A DNA stretch of 64,000 nucleotides from an uncultured virus (IMG/VR IMGVR_UViG_3300010163_001998) (Duplodnaviria > Heunggongvirae > Uroviricota > Caudoviricetes). Within the stretch, counting starts at the first letter, position 1, and each line of letters begins with the position of its first letter. The notes beneath the pieces are model-generated. The model was not told where the DNA came from, did not search any database, and saw nothing but the letters and a program-made list of their open reading frames with translations. Made by a program: the position numbers and the translations under genes. The stretch lies in the IMG/VR virus record IMGVR_UViG_3300010163_001998. One strand, written 5' to 3'. Of this stretch, positions 30,763-41,124 are shown piece after piece.

Positions 30763-31995
30763 ATGGGAAGCTTTCTAAAAACAGCATCTAAGCAGGTAGG
30801 AGATGTTAGGAATTTCTTAAGAGATTCCGCAGGCACTAATAGTATCAAGTACTCACCTGAAAAAGGTACAAAGCATGTGATCTACATACCTTACACTGAG
30901 CAGATAGTACAAGATGAAAACAATACGCAGGGAGTAGTTAAACAGGTATGTGCTATTTCTGGTAAGATCCATGAGTGGAGTACATCAGATGGCAAGTTTA
31001 GAGCAACTGCTTGTCTTAAAGATGTAATTCGTAAGGCAGATGATGGTGTAACACTTCTGAATGATGGTACATGTCCTTTCTGTGACCGTGTTGGTGATGC
31101 TTGGGACATCTACAACTACAGAAAAAACCTTGAAGAGGAAAATTGTAAGCTAACAGGCGAGCAGAGAAAGAGTCATCTTGAAAAAACAGTTGGCGTATTT
31201 GCTGACGAGCGTAAAGCAAAGGATCCTCGTGATTATATGTACATTCTTGTAGTGAAGTACAGATTCAATGAGGCTGAAAAGGAAGTACTTGGAGCAGATG
31301 GATTACCTGAATATGAACTTAAGGTAATGAAGCTGTCCAGAAGCAGAGTTGAGAAGATACAGCAGCAGTTAGCTAACAGTGGTGCAGAAATGGCTGGTTC
31401 AGAAATTATCTTCCAGTATCCTAATGTAGATGATAGAAGACTGTTAGTAAGTCAGTCAACTACAGCACCTGTATTTCCTAACAACATGCTTGTTGTAAAA
31501 TATCCTCCATTGGCTAACAAGATTAACGAAGATATTGCAAAGTTCGACTGGGAAGGAATTGAGAAGGCATTTACAGAATGGGCTGGAATGTCAACCATTG
31601 AGGCTAAGACAATCACTGATAACATGTTCGAACAGTGGGATGCTTACAGAAAAGAAGTAGCAGTAAATCCTCAAGCTAAGTACTTAGAGTATGTAGTGAC
31701 AACACCTAGTACGAATCCCAGTTTAGGTGGTGCAGATGCACCTGTTGTTCCTACGGCAGCAATTGGTCAGGCACCTATGCCTATGGTACCTCCTATTACT
31801 GGAGCACCTAATATGGAAAATGCTGGTGGTATTCCAATGCCAAACATTCCTAATGTAGCACCTGCACCTTCACCTGTGATGCCTAATGTAGCAGGTGCAC
31901 CTATGGGGGTAGGGGTTCCACCTGTAGCCCCTGCAGTAGACCCTAATAATGTATTTGCTGGAGCATCTGGGGCAGCACCTACAATTCAGGTATAA
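30763..31995 (+). CDS. Putative phage-type single-stranded DNA-binding protein with Pro/Ala-rich tail
   Basis: H..., C..., CPFC zinc ligands; located between primase and SbcC/D; high-expression codon style. Confidence 0.55.
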   Translation: MGSFLKTASKQVGDVRNFLRDSAGTNSIKYSPEKGTKHVIYIPYTEQIVQDENNTQGVVKQVCAISGKIHEWSTSDGKFRATACLKDVIRKADDGVTLLNDGTCPFCDRVGDAWDIYNYRKNLEEENCKLTGEQRKSHLEKTVGVFADERKAKDPRDYMYILVVKYRFNEAEKEVLGADGLPEYELKVMKLSRSRVEKIQQQLANSGAEMAGSEIIFQYPNVDDRRLLVSQSTTAPVFPNNMLVVKYPPLANKINEDIAKFDWEGIEKAFTEWAGMSTIEAKTITDNMFEQWDAYRKEVAVNPQAKYLEYVVTTPSTNPSLGGADAPVVPTAAIGQAPMPMVPPITGAPNMENAGGIPMPNIPNVAPAPSPVMPNVAGAPMGVGVPPVAPAVDPNNVFAGASGAAPTIQV

Positions 31996-32024
31996 GAAAT
32001 AACAGTATAAAAATAAACACTTAA

Positions 32025-32071
32025 AAATAAAAGCACATTCCGGTTTCAAGGTTTGGGATGTGCTTTTATTT
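32025..32071 (+). terminator. Intrinsic terminator
   Basis: aaataaaagcacattcc / gggatgtgcttttattt. Confidence 0.8.
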
Positions 32072-32189
32072 ATAAAATAGGATAACTAAAAATTTAACTT
32101 ACTCAATTAATTATATGTATTAAACATGACCATATAGCCTATAAATAGGTTAGTTAAATTTTTAATATAAATTGGGAGAAGATTAAAAT

Positions 32190-33494
32190 ATGTATAACTA
32201 CAGTCCAATTAAGAAATTATACATTAAAAACTTTAGAAATATAGGAGAAGTTGAAATAGATTTTTCACAATCACCTATAATAACATTAGTAGGTGAGAAT
32301 GAAGCAGGTAAAACTTCAGTTATAAAAGCATTTGCTACATGTGCGCTTCATGCAAACCCTAGGGAGCAAAAGGATTATATTAGAGATACAACACAGATGT
32401 TTGGTGTAGCAATTGATTTAGAAGATAGTACCAGAATAGTAAGGATAAAAGAGGCATCTGGAATCAATAGTTATCAAATTATTAGACCTGATGGAACAAA
32501 GTGGGTAACAAATAAAATAACAGATGGTCTCCCTGAAGAAGTAGCAAAGATAATGGGTTTAATAGAGGAGCCAGAAACAGGAGAGTTCTTACATATAAGA
32601 ACATACGAGGATAAGCTATTATTTGTTGTGACACCTAACTCAACAAACTATAAAGTAATGTACAATGCACTAAAAGTTGAGCAGTTAACAAAGGCAATAA
32701 AGATTGGTTCACTTGAATCAAATCAGCTCAAAAGCAATATAAATAAAAATGAATTAAGTATGACGACACTTAGGGATCAAATGAAAGACATAGTTATTAT
32801 AGATACTGAACCATTAATAAACATAAGAAAAAATTTGACTACTAAGTTACAACTTTTAGATAAACTGGAAACAATAAAGAAATTAGTTGATAAAATAGAT
32901 GGTTGTGAGAGACAATTAGGGGCACTAGGGTTGATAGATAGGTTTAATTTACAGACTGTGGATGAAGTGATATCAAGTAAATTATACTCAATAGGCAAAT
33001 TGTTAAATAATAAAAATAGATTGGAAAATTACAGTTCTATTATATCTGATATAAACAACATTGGAATGATTGATACAGGTTTACTGGATAGGATAAGTAA
33101 CGTTATAACAAAACGAGATATACTTAATAATAAGATTAAGAATGCAGGTGCATTAGTACATATAAATGAAATTTCAGGAATTTCCGAAGTATCAGTAGTT
33201 CATATGGAAAAAGCATATGCACTAATAAATAGATTAAATACACTAAAGGATCAATTAAATGTTATAAATACGACAGAGTGTAATGAGGTGCAACAATCCA
33301 GTTTAGAAAATATCAATAAGTTACAAAGAATTGATGCTTTAGTAAGTAATATAAATGCTAAAGAATCAGAATTAAAACAATATAATTCATATATAGAAAG
33401 TATTCAAGTTTATTTAAAACAATGTGGAGTAGCTGTTGAATCATGTCCTAGATGTGGAGAGGCAGTAATATTTGATATAGATAAGATTCAGTAA
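32190..33494 (+). CDS. sbcC: SbcC/Rad50 N-terminal half (Walker A, coiled coil, zinc hook at the C-terminus)
   Basis: LYIKNFRN, VGENEAGKTS, terminal CPRCG; no Walker B. Confidence 0.85.
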   Translation: MYNYSPIKKLYIKNFRNIGEVEIDFSQSPIITLVGENEAGKTSVIKAFATCALHANPREQKDYIRDTTQMFGVAIDLEDSTRIVRIKEASGINSYQIIRPDGTKWVTNKITDGLPEEVAKIMGLIEEPETGEFLHIRTYEDKLLFVVTPNSTNYKVMYNALKVEQLTKAIKIGSLESNQLKSNINKNELSMTTLRDQMKDIVIIDTEPLINIRKNLTTKLQLLDKLETIKKLVDKIDGCERQLGALGLIDRFNLQTVDEVISSKLYSIGKLLNNKNRLENYSSIISDINNIGMIDTGLLDRISNVITKRDILNNKIKNAGALVHINEISGISEVSVVHMEKAYALINRLNTLKDQLNVINTTECNEVQQSSLENINKLQRIDALVSNINAKESELKQYNSYIESIQVYLKQCGVAVESCPRCGEAVIFDIDKIQ

Positions 33495-33508
33495 AGAGGA
33501 ATGATATA

Positions 33509-34480
33509 ATGAAAAATGTACTAGCAAGAATAGGTGTATACGGTGACATACATTTAAATAGTAAAAACTATGGTGCTCATAGAGATTATCCTAAGGAAAG
33601 CTTAGAGTATTTTACTAAAATAACAGAGGTTACACAGAATAGTGGATTAACACATTTAATAGGTTGCGGTGACTTCTCATTTGGTAGATTTCATTCCTTA
33701 GAATATAGACTTTCAGTAGAAAATAATCTGGAAAAGCAAAATAGCTTGACTAAAGGAAATAGGTTTGAATTACAGGGAAATCATGATTCAGCTGGATATG
33801 GCTTTACAGAAAGAGATTATTATATAGAGAAGGGCTTGCTTAAACCATCTCAAAATTTAATCATAGGCAATTTAAATTTAAGTATGGTAGATTATGGAAA
33901 ATATCTTGAAATACCTGTAATTATAAACGATGATGAAAATCATGTAAACATGATAATAGCACATGACTTCTTTAAATTTAGTAATTCATCAGTAGCAAAC
34001 TTTGGTAAAGCAATTGAATTGGATAATTTTACAAATTGGTTTGGTGCAGATTACATAGTACTGGGTCATGTACACAAGATAATGAAATTCAAAGGCTATA
34101 TATTCAAAGATAATCTAGCACATGAAGTAACACTAGATTACCTTGGATGTATGACTAGGCCAGCATATAGAGAAGGATATATAGATGAAGAAGGTCATAT
34201 GCTCATTATAACAGTTTATGATGACAATAGCATTGATATAGATACTGAAATAATTCCATTATGGAAAGTAGAAGACTCCTTTAATCTTGAAGCAAAAGCT
34301 AAGCAAAAACAAAAAGAAGCAGAAAAAGAACAGAGAGTTGATATATCAGATATTGTTAAGCAATTAGATTCACATGATAGGAACATTGGCAATCCTGAAG
34401 ATATCATTGCAGATATGAAAGATATAGATGAAAAATATAAAAACAAAGCAATAGAATTATTAAAACAGGCATTAGCATAA
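33509..34480 (+). CDS. sbcD: SbcD/Mre11-like metallophosphoesterase nuclease
   Basis: GDIH, GDF, GNHD, AHD, GHVH motifs. Confidence 0.88.
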   Translation: MKNVLARIGVYGDIHLNSKNYGAHRDYPKESLEYFTKITEVTQNSGLTHLIGCGDFSFGRFHSLEYRLSVENNLEKQNSLTKGNRFELQGNHDSAGYGFTERDYYIEKGLLKPSQNLIIGNLNLSMVDYGKYLEIPVIINDDENHVNMIIAHDFFKFSNSSVANFGKAIELDNFTNWFGADYIVLGHVHKIMKFKGYIFKDNLAHEVTLDYLGCMTRPAYREGYIDEEGHMLIITVYDDNSIDIDTEIIPLWKVEDSFNLEAKAKQKQKEAEKEQRVDISDIVKQLDSHDRNIGNPEDIIADMKDIDEKYKNKAIELLKQALA

Positions 34481-34505
34481 AAACATAATAAAGGAGAAAA
34501 GAAAA

Positions 34506-35027
34506 ATGTTACAAGGAATTAACTTAGACGAAGTAAGACAGTACAATGCAACACTTAAACAGTACAGAGATAAAGCAGCTAGTCTCAATGCAGAAATTGA
34601 GTACAACACTAAGGAACTCAATGTACTTTGTGAAGAACTATCCAAAGAGTTAGGTAAGCCAGTAACAAAAGATAATATAGAGCAAATTTATATGGAGCAG
34701 GTACAAGCAATAAATTCAACATTACAGTCAGGAAATGCAGTATTATCAAGAATTGCTAATGAGGAACAAAGTATAAACACACCTACACAAACAACACCGG
34801 TAACACCGGTAACACTGGTGCAACAGACACCTCAGATGACACCACGAGCATATCAAACAGTACCAGTACAACAAGCACCAGTACAGCAACAGCCTCAAGC
34901 TACTCCACAGACACAGGTACCACCTGTAATACCAGCACCAATCAATGGTAATATATTTAATGGACAGCCAGCTCAATTAGGAATGCCTGGAGCAGCTGGG
35001 GAGTTGCCAAAACTATTTAATATTTAA
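34506..35027 (+). CDS. Coiled-coil protein with Q/P/T-rich tail
   Basis: Heptad-rich N-terminus, low-complexity C-terminus, AAAGGAG RBS. Confidence 0.8.
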   Translation: MLQGINLDEVRQYNATLKQYRDKAASLNAEIEYNTKELNVLCEELSKELGKPVTKDNIEQIYMEQVQAINSTLQSGNAVLSRIANEEQSINTPTQTTPVTPVTLVQQTPQMTPRAYQTVPVQQAPVQQQPQATPQTQVPPVIPAPINGNIFNGQPAQLGMPGAAGELPKLFNI

Positions 35028-35090
35028 CAGTTTTAATATCATATAAATACTATAAGAAAATTTTAAATTTTAATAAGGAGACTAAAAATA

Positions 35091-36587
35091 ATGCGTGTAG
35101 ACATCGAAAAAATAACTAATGCAATAAGTAAAGTATCAGCTATTACGTCAGACTTAAAGGTAATTCCTGGAGTATTATTAGACTTATCTGATGATATTCT
35201 AAAGGTATGCTTCTCAGATGGTCATAAATCCTTAATAGAAGAGATTGGTGTGACCATGGAAGAAGGAGACTACACTGGTGGGTTTGTGGTTACTTATGAA
35301 CAGTTAAGCAGAGCAATAGCAAATTGTCAGCCTAGCGGTATTATAAAGGTTAATGAGGTAAAATTTACCTTTAAAGAGGGTAACATCATAACGATATCAA
35401 CAGACCAAAGCTTGGAGTTGAGAGACAATGATGGAAATATTACTGGAGATAGAAAAATGGCAAGTAAACAAATGGACTTGTCATGGGTAAAACCTGATTC
35501 GGACATGAAAACATCATTATTGTCACGTATGAAATACGCTGATATCTTTAATCCAGTAACAACTGAAGGTGCTGAAATAAAGATTGATACATTTGATAGA
35601 CAAGAACTCATTAATGCATTGTCTAAAACATCTGTTGAAAAAGGAAAGCAAATTTACATTTCCGCTAAGACACAAAGTGTATTTGTAATGAACCAAGCTC
35701 ATTTAACTTCCATTCCTATCAGTGGATATGAAGTAGCACCTGAAATGAAAAGTGGGATAGCAAGTGCACTCAATGCTAATGGGATGTATACAGAAGAAAG
35801 CTTCAAACAAGCATGCAATAATGCAGAGAATCGTATTCATTTTTCAATATCTATGAGTCAGGTAATTGCCAAGGCAGTTGTAGAAATACTTAATAAGACG
35901 TCAGCCGACACAATATCTGTTTATACCAGAGACAAGTTCTGTAATATGTATATCGACAACGAGGATGAAAAGGTGGGCATTTGGTTTGAGATGATTCCTG
36001 CAAGTAAGGCCCATTTAGGTTCACTGGAAAAGTACAGTAAATTGGAATACAAGTGTTATCAGTTATTATTCATTAGAGAGTTCCTTAATGACATGATAAA
36101 ATCAGCACTAAATGCAACTAAATCTGAAAAAGTTGAACTTAAGTTTGCACCTACGACAAATGAAAATCCTTCTTCATCATTGGATATGATAATTGAAGGC
36201 GGAAGTGCATCTAATTCAACATCAGATATATATAGTATAAATCCTGATAGTATAGTAGATGTGGCTGGGGATTTACAGTCAAAGACATTTAATATATCGC
36301 TTAAGGTTATTAGTGATATGTTAGCACAGCTTAAGACTACCAGAGTAGCACTTGATATTAATATAGCACCAACTGATGGTTCTGTGTGCTTAAGATTGAC
36401 AGAAATAGATGATATAGAATTTGCTAAGGCATTTTCAGAAGCTAGGCAAGCAACAAAAACAATGTGTGAGAATGATGGTCAGCCATTTGAAGAAAACTCA
36501 ACACCTACAAGACTTGAGTGCAAGCTTGAGTATCTTAGAAGGAATTCAGTAATGCTTACTAGACAATACACTATGCTATCTGCATAA
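35091..36587 (+). CDS. DNA sliding clamp (DnaN/beta)-like protein with insertions
   Basis: ITNAISKVSAI...IPGVLLDLSDDILKVCFSDG; FDRQELINALSKT; FIREFLNDMIKS match the starts of three beta-clamp domains. Confidence 0.6.
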   Translation: MRVDIEKITNAISKVSAITSDLKVIPGVLLDLSDDILKVCFSDGHKSLIEEIGVTMEEGDYTGGFVVTYEQLSRAIANCQPSGIIKVNEVKFTFKEGNIITISTDQSLELRDNDGNITGDRKMASKQMDLSWVKPDSDMKTSLLSRMKYADIFNPVTTEGAEIKIDTFDRQELINALSKTSVEKGKQIYISAKTQSVFVMNQAHLTSIPISGYEVAPEMKSGIASALNANGMYTEESFKQACNNAENRIHFSISMSQVIAKAVVEILNKTSADTISVYTRDKFCNMYIDNEDEKVGIWFEMIPASKAHLGSLEKYSKLEYKCYQLLFIREFLNDMIKSALNATKSEKVELKFAPTTNENPSSSLDMIIEGGSASNSTSDIYSINPDSIVDVAGDLQSKTFNISLKVISDMLAQLKTTRVALDINIAPTDGSVCLRLTEIDDIEFAKAFSEARQATKTMCENDGQPFEENSTPTRLECKLEYLRRNSVMLTRQYTMLSA

Positions 36588-36598
36588 TCATTAAAATA

Positions 36599-36649
36599 TA
36601 AGGGTGTTAAGATTAAATAATCAGTATAAACATTATCTTAACACCCTTA
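36599..36649 (+). terminator. Intrinsic terminator-like hairpin
   Basis: taagggtgttaagat / atcttaacaccctta. Confidence 0.75.
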
Positions 36650-36787
36650 ATATTAAAAATTACATACAGGTTAAAAAGGGTAGGCTGGTTAAATAACGTC
36701 ATATTTAAAGGTAAATGTTAATTTTTTATTTTTTAATTCAATTATTTTGTATACACAACACTAAATAAATGTAAAGGAGATGTATTA

Positions 36788-37144
36788 TTGAAAGACAAAT
36801 TAAATCAAAAAGAAAAGCAAGGTATAAGGACAATGGCATCATTTATCACTCAAGGTAAAAATAATCAACAGACATTAAACATAATAGATACCAGAGCAAA
36901 TAAGTATAGTATCATATTACAATATACATCTAATAATGGATTACAATACAGTGTAGAAAAAAGAGCAAAAAAATCTGGACATTTTTATGGAATATTTATT
37001 ATAAAAAATGTATCACAATACGGAATAGAATATGACAGATTGAATGAAAAAGACAGTTTACCAGATAGTGTAGTTAAATACATAATTCTCCACTATATAA
37101 CATTTAATAGATATATAAATATAGGCGAAAATGCATTTGTATAA
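36788..37144 (+). CDS. Hypothetical protein
   Basis: AAAGGAG RBS + TTG start. Confidence 0.65.
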   Translation: MKDKLNQKEKQGIRTMASFITQGKNNQQTLNIIDTRANKYSIILQYTSNNGLQYSVEKRAKKSGHFYGIFIIKNVSQYGIEYDRLNEKDSLPDSVVKYIILHYITFNRYINIGENAFV

Positions 37145-37169
37145 AAATAAGAACAAGGAGAGAAGAATC

Positions 37170-38081
37170 ATGGAAAACATGAATCAAGGGTTACAGGGAT
37201 TAGGAAATATAAACATAAATAATGCAAGTGCAACAATAGAAAACACAGGCTTAATAATGGATAAATTAGACTCTGATAGCAGAAAGATAGCAGTATCAAA
37301 TACAATGTTTAATTCAGCTGAAGCATATTACACTTATTTTGTTAATTATATGCAAAATACAGGACTGCTTAAAGTATCAGATGTACATGGTATGGTAAGA
37401 CAAACATTAAATTACAATAATTTATTCATAGTAGAAAAAATTTCATCTGGTGAAGCATTTACAATATTTACAGTCTTTCCAGAGAATGATATTTTAAATA
37501 TAATTAATGCATTACAATTGTTGCCACAACATCCAGAAATTCAGCTTCCAGTAAGAAAAGTAGCTATAAGTCATTCAAACTTCACTAGAGAAGTCATAAA
37601 TGAAGCTAAGCATCTTAATTTGGAACTGTTAGGCTACAATGCAATATATGATATTAACAATGCAATATTATCAGCAGATAACAAAATACCTTATGCAAAT
37701 ATATCAGCATCATCATTTGCAAGTCAGTTAGCAAAAGGGTTAAATACAAAATATAGATCAGAGAGCAGTACAAATATCACACAACAATTAGGAGATCAGG
37801 CACAATCAATAAAAAATAACTTAGGAACATCCTTTAGTGATGGAATATCACAGTTAAAAGAATCAATAACAAGTTTAACATCAGCTATGGGCATAAACAG
37901 AAATAAAGCACAACAGCAAATGCCAATGCAAGGACAAGGACAGAGACAGGGGATGCCATCAGTACAGCAATATACATTAGAGTTGGAACAAAATATTCAA
38001 CAAGGTAGCACAGTAACACAGCAAAACCAGCAAGTAGAGATTCAACCAGATGCACCAACAGCAGATTTGGCAAAACATTAA
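37170..38081 (+). CDS. Hypothetical protein with degenerate Mrr-like segment and Q-rich tail
   Basis: AISHSNFTREVINEAKHLNLELLG; ATG 37170 follows AAGGAG. Confidence 0.75.
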   Translation: MENMNQGLQGLGNININNASATIENTGLIMDKLDSDSRKIAVSNTMFNSAEAYYTYFVNYMQNTGLLKVSDVHGMVRQTLNYNNLFIVEKISSGEAFTIFTVFPENDILNIINALQLLPQHPEIQLPVRKVAISHSNFTREVINEAKHLNLELLGYNAIYDINNAILSADNKIPYANISASSFASQLAKGLNTKYRSESSTNITQQLGDQAQSIKNNLGTSFSDGISQLKESITSLTSAMGINRNKAQQQMPMQGQGQRQGMPSVQQYTLELEQNIQQGSTVTQQNQQVEIQPDAPTADLAKH

Positions 38082-38117
38082 TAAAACTATAAGGATATAT
38101 AAAGGAGACAAATAAGC

Positions 38118-38354
38118 ATGCAGAAAGAGTGGAAAGAAACAACTATATTGATAATATCAACTATAATGTTATCAATAGGATCTTTAGGGCATGTTGTAAA
38201 ATTGAATAACATTAATAAAGATGCAACAAAGATTGGTATTGAATTAGCTAATGATAAATTATTAAACACAGAAGACTTAAGAGATAAAATCAAGAATACA
38301 ATCATAGAAAAGGAATTACATTTCAGTATAAGAAACAACAAAGGTTTAAGATAG
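38118..38354 (+). CDS. Small membrane-anchored protein
   Basis: AAAGGAG RBS; N-terminal hydrophobic helix. Confidence 0.7.
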   Translation: MQKEWKETTILIISTIMLSIGSLGHVVKLNNINKDATKIGIELANDKLLNTEDLRDKIKNTIIEKELHFSIRNNKGLR

Positions 38355-38380
38355 AATTAAAAGTCTAAGAGGAATTATAC

Positions 38381-38431
38381 AGATAGGGTAGTAATATAGA
38401 CAATAAGAAATCATGTTACTACCCTATTTTT
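38381..38431 (+). terminator. Intrinsic terminator
   Basis: agatagggtagtaatat / atgttactaccctattt. Confidence 0.8.
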
Positions 38432-38500
38432 ATACTAGTTGACATATGTTAAAGCATTAAAATATTTAAAGAAAAATTTTAATTGAAGGAAAAATAAAAA

Positions 38501-39273
38501 ATGGGAGAACTACTTGATGAATTTAGCTTTTTATCATTTCAGGAAGATTTATACAATGAATTAAGTGAAGATGAACTTAAAAAATTATACATAAGTGACA
38601 GTAAAAAATTAATAGAGCAATCAGAAAATTTTTTAAAGCAAATAAAGGTTTAACATATCAAGGAATAAAAGTAGATGACCTTAAGAAATATATTAATACA
38701 ACTAAAAGTAGTATAGTACCATGGGAACATAATCAATTAACTATAGATTTAAGTGTACTTAAATATGTAAATAATCAAAAGCTTTTAGAATTATGTATTC
38801 CACCTTTTATAGAAGAAGTTTGTGGCAGTCAAAATGAGATAAATAAAGAATATATAAGTAGTCAAAACATATATAATTTAGTAACAAATGTAAATATACC
38901 CTTGAGCGTTATAGTTATAGCACCTAATACATTTGCATTCTACAAAAAGTTAAAAACAATTAACTTTGAAGAAAATAATAAACTCATTTATTTAGGAAAT
39001 GGTGCATTTGCTTATTGTGAAAATTTACATACAGTTGATTTAAGAAAATGTGAAAATTTAACAGAAATTAAGAAAAACACTTTTTTAAATTCTGGTATAA
39101 GACATTTAAAAATTTCACATAATATAACAAGAATGTCTATAGAATGTATAACTAATATGCCGTATATAAAGAATATAACACTTGACAATACATGTTATAA
39201 GGCATCAGAATTTTTATGCAAAATGCAAGAATGTAATAATAAAGTTTTCTGGGAAGAGTCATGGGATTTCTAA
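38501..39273 (+). CDS. BspA-type LRR protein requiring a -1 frameshift near 38629-38638 (programmed, or a frameshifted gene)
   Basis: RBS+ATG 38501 ORF stops at 38653; the -1 frame is open 38605..39273 and encodes IPPFIEEV, LGNGAFAYCENL repeats. Confidence 0.65.
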
Positions 39274-40436
39274 AATATGTAGTTGGGAGTTGTATTGGTA
39301 TGGGAGTTAAAAATAATGATAAGGCAAAAAATTTAATACTTGATTTACTTGATATAGATAATACATCAGAGAAAACTAAAGAACAAAAAGAAACAGTAAT
39401 AATAAAGAAAATTAACGAAGCAGTAAGTGAAAATGCTAACAAAACAGACAAGTACAAGGATGAAATAGAAGATAACATTGAATTAGATGATGACATTGAA
39501 TCAGATGATCAAGATGACATTAAATCAGATGATAACATTGAGGATTTGGACGAGCAAGATGAAGCAGAATTACATACATCCCAGACATATGTAACTGATG
39601 CATACAAACAATATATTAACTCAATAAAAGAGTTTGGGGTACTAAGTGCAGAAGAAGAACAAGATTTATTTAAAAGAGCAAATAATGGTGATGCTGAGGC
39701 AAGGAAGAAGTTACTTTATCATAATCTTAAACTGGTAGTAAGTGTGGCAAACAAATATAATGGTTTTAATATAGATGTTATGGACTTAATAAATGAAGGA
39801 AACATAGGTTTATTCACAGCAATAGACAGGTTTGATATAACAAGAGGCACTAGATTTTCTACATATGCAATCCCATGGATAAGGCAAGCTATACAAAGAT
39901 ATATACAGAATAATGGAAAAATAATAAGAGTGCCTGTGCATACTTTAGAATCAGCTAGAAAAATGAGAGATACTATAAAAAGTATGGAGTTTGAATTAAA
40001 AAGATCACCAAGTATTCCAGAGATAGCACATAGAATGAATATAGATGAATCACGAGTTATAGAGTTACAACAATCTTTAATTGATACAGTGTCATTAGAC
40101 ACACCAGCATCATCCGATGAATATGATGACAGTACAATAGGTGACTTTGTATCATCAGATCAGGCTATTGGAACACCTATGCTTAATACACTTGAAGTTG
40201 CAGCTAACAATGAAAGAGCAAGGGTATTAAAAGAAGTACTAGATAAGTTGCCAGAACGAGAGAAAAATGTATTAATAATGAGATTTGGAATTGGCAATAG
40301 AACACCAATGTCTTTAGAGGAAGTTGGAAAGGTACTACATGTAACAAGAGAGCGTGTAAGACAAATAGAAGGAAAAGCAATTAAAAAGCTAAGACAGCCT
40401 TCAATAATTGTAAAGCTAAAGGACTTTTTGGAGTGA
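39261..40436 (+). CDS. RpoD/SigA-like sigma-70 factor
   Basis: NLKLVVSVANKY, DLINEGNIGL, RFSTYAIPWIRQAI, SLEEVGKVLHVTRERVRQIE. Confidence 0.93.
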   Translation: MGFLKYVVGSCIGMGVKNNDKAKNLILDLLDIDNTSEKTKEQKETVIIKKINEAVSENANKTDKYKDEIEDNIELDDDIESDDQDDIKSDDNIEDLDEQDEAELHTSQTYVTDAYKQYINSIKEFGVLSAEEEQDLFKRANNGDAEARKKLLYHNLKLVVSVANKYNGFNIDVMDLINEGNIGLFTAIDRFDITRGTRFSTYAIPWIRQAIQRYIQNNGKIIRVPVHTLESARKMRDTIKSMEFELKRSPSIPEIAHRMNIDESRVIELQQSLIDTVSLDTPASSDEYDDSTIGDFVSSDQAIGTPMLNTLEVAANNERARVLKEVLDKLPEREKNVLIMRFGIGNRTPMSLEEVGKVLHVTRERVRQIEGKAIKKLRQPSIIVKLKDFLE

Positions 40437-40437
40437 T

Positions 40438-41124
40438 ATGAATAAAGATATAATAACAAGTAATAAGCAAATAAAAGCATATTCAAAAGATGAAATAATG
40501 CAACCTTATATAGAGTACGTCAATAAATGTGTGGCATTAAATATTAAACAGCAATATATAGCAGTTTATGACAGTGAAAGTAATTCATTGCAATTGAAGC
40601 AATTTATAAACACTGAAACAGAAACTGACCCTTTTAGAGCATTCCCAAGACAAACCATAGCATTACCAAGTAATTATAAAAGAATAAGCTTTGGCACAGA
40701 TGTAGAATCATTCTTTACAGCTAAATTGTATCAAGAACCTTTAATAACAATTAAGGGATCACCTGAAATAATAATGGATCCAACATTATTATTGTCAGCA
40801 CTTTCATTTAATAGCATATCATTTGAAAATAAGTTATCACTTTTAAATGTTTACATGCACTTAATAGAATCATTAAAGGCTTATTATAATGAAACTGATA
40901 ACTATGAAAAAGTATTAAGAGATTTTACAAAATTGTTAAAACATTATATGATAAACTTTATAGAATGTATAGATTTTATAAAAATATCATATACAAATGT
41001 AAGCTATATACTTGAATGTTTCAATTGTGACTTAGTATGCAATTCAAACGATATATTAAAACAATTAGAATACATTGAAAATAAAACAAAAATAATGATA
41101 AATAAATATGAAAAAGCCAATTAA
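40438..41124 (+). CDS. Hypothetical protein
   Basis: 228-aa ORF coupled to both neighbours. Confidence 0.75.
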   Translation: MNKDIITSNKQIKAYSKDEIMQPYIEYVNKCVALNIKQQYIAVYDSESNSLQLKQFINTETETDPFRAFPRQTIALPSNYKRISFGTDVESFFTAKLYQEPLITIKGSPEIIMDPTLLLSALSFNSISFENKLSLLNVYMHLIESLKAYYNETDNYEKVLRDFTKLLKHYMINFIECIDFIKISYTNVSYILECFNCDLVCNSNDILKQLEYIENKTKIMINKYEKAN

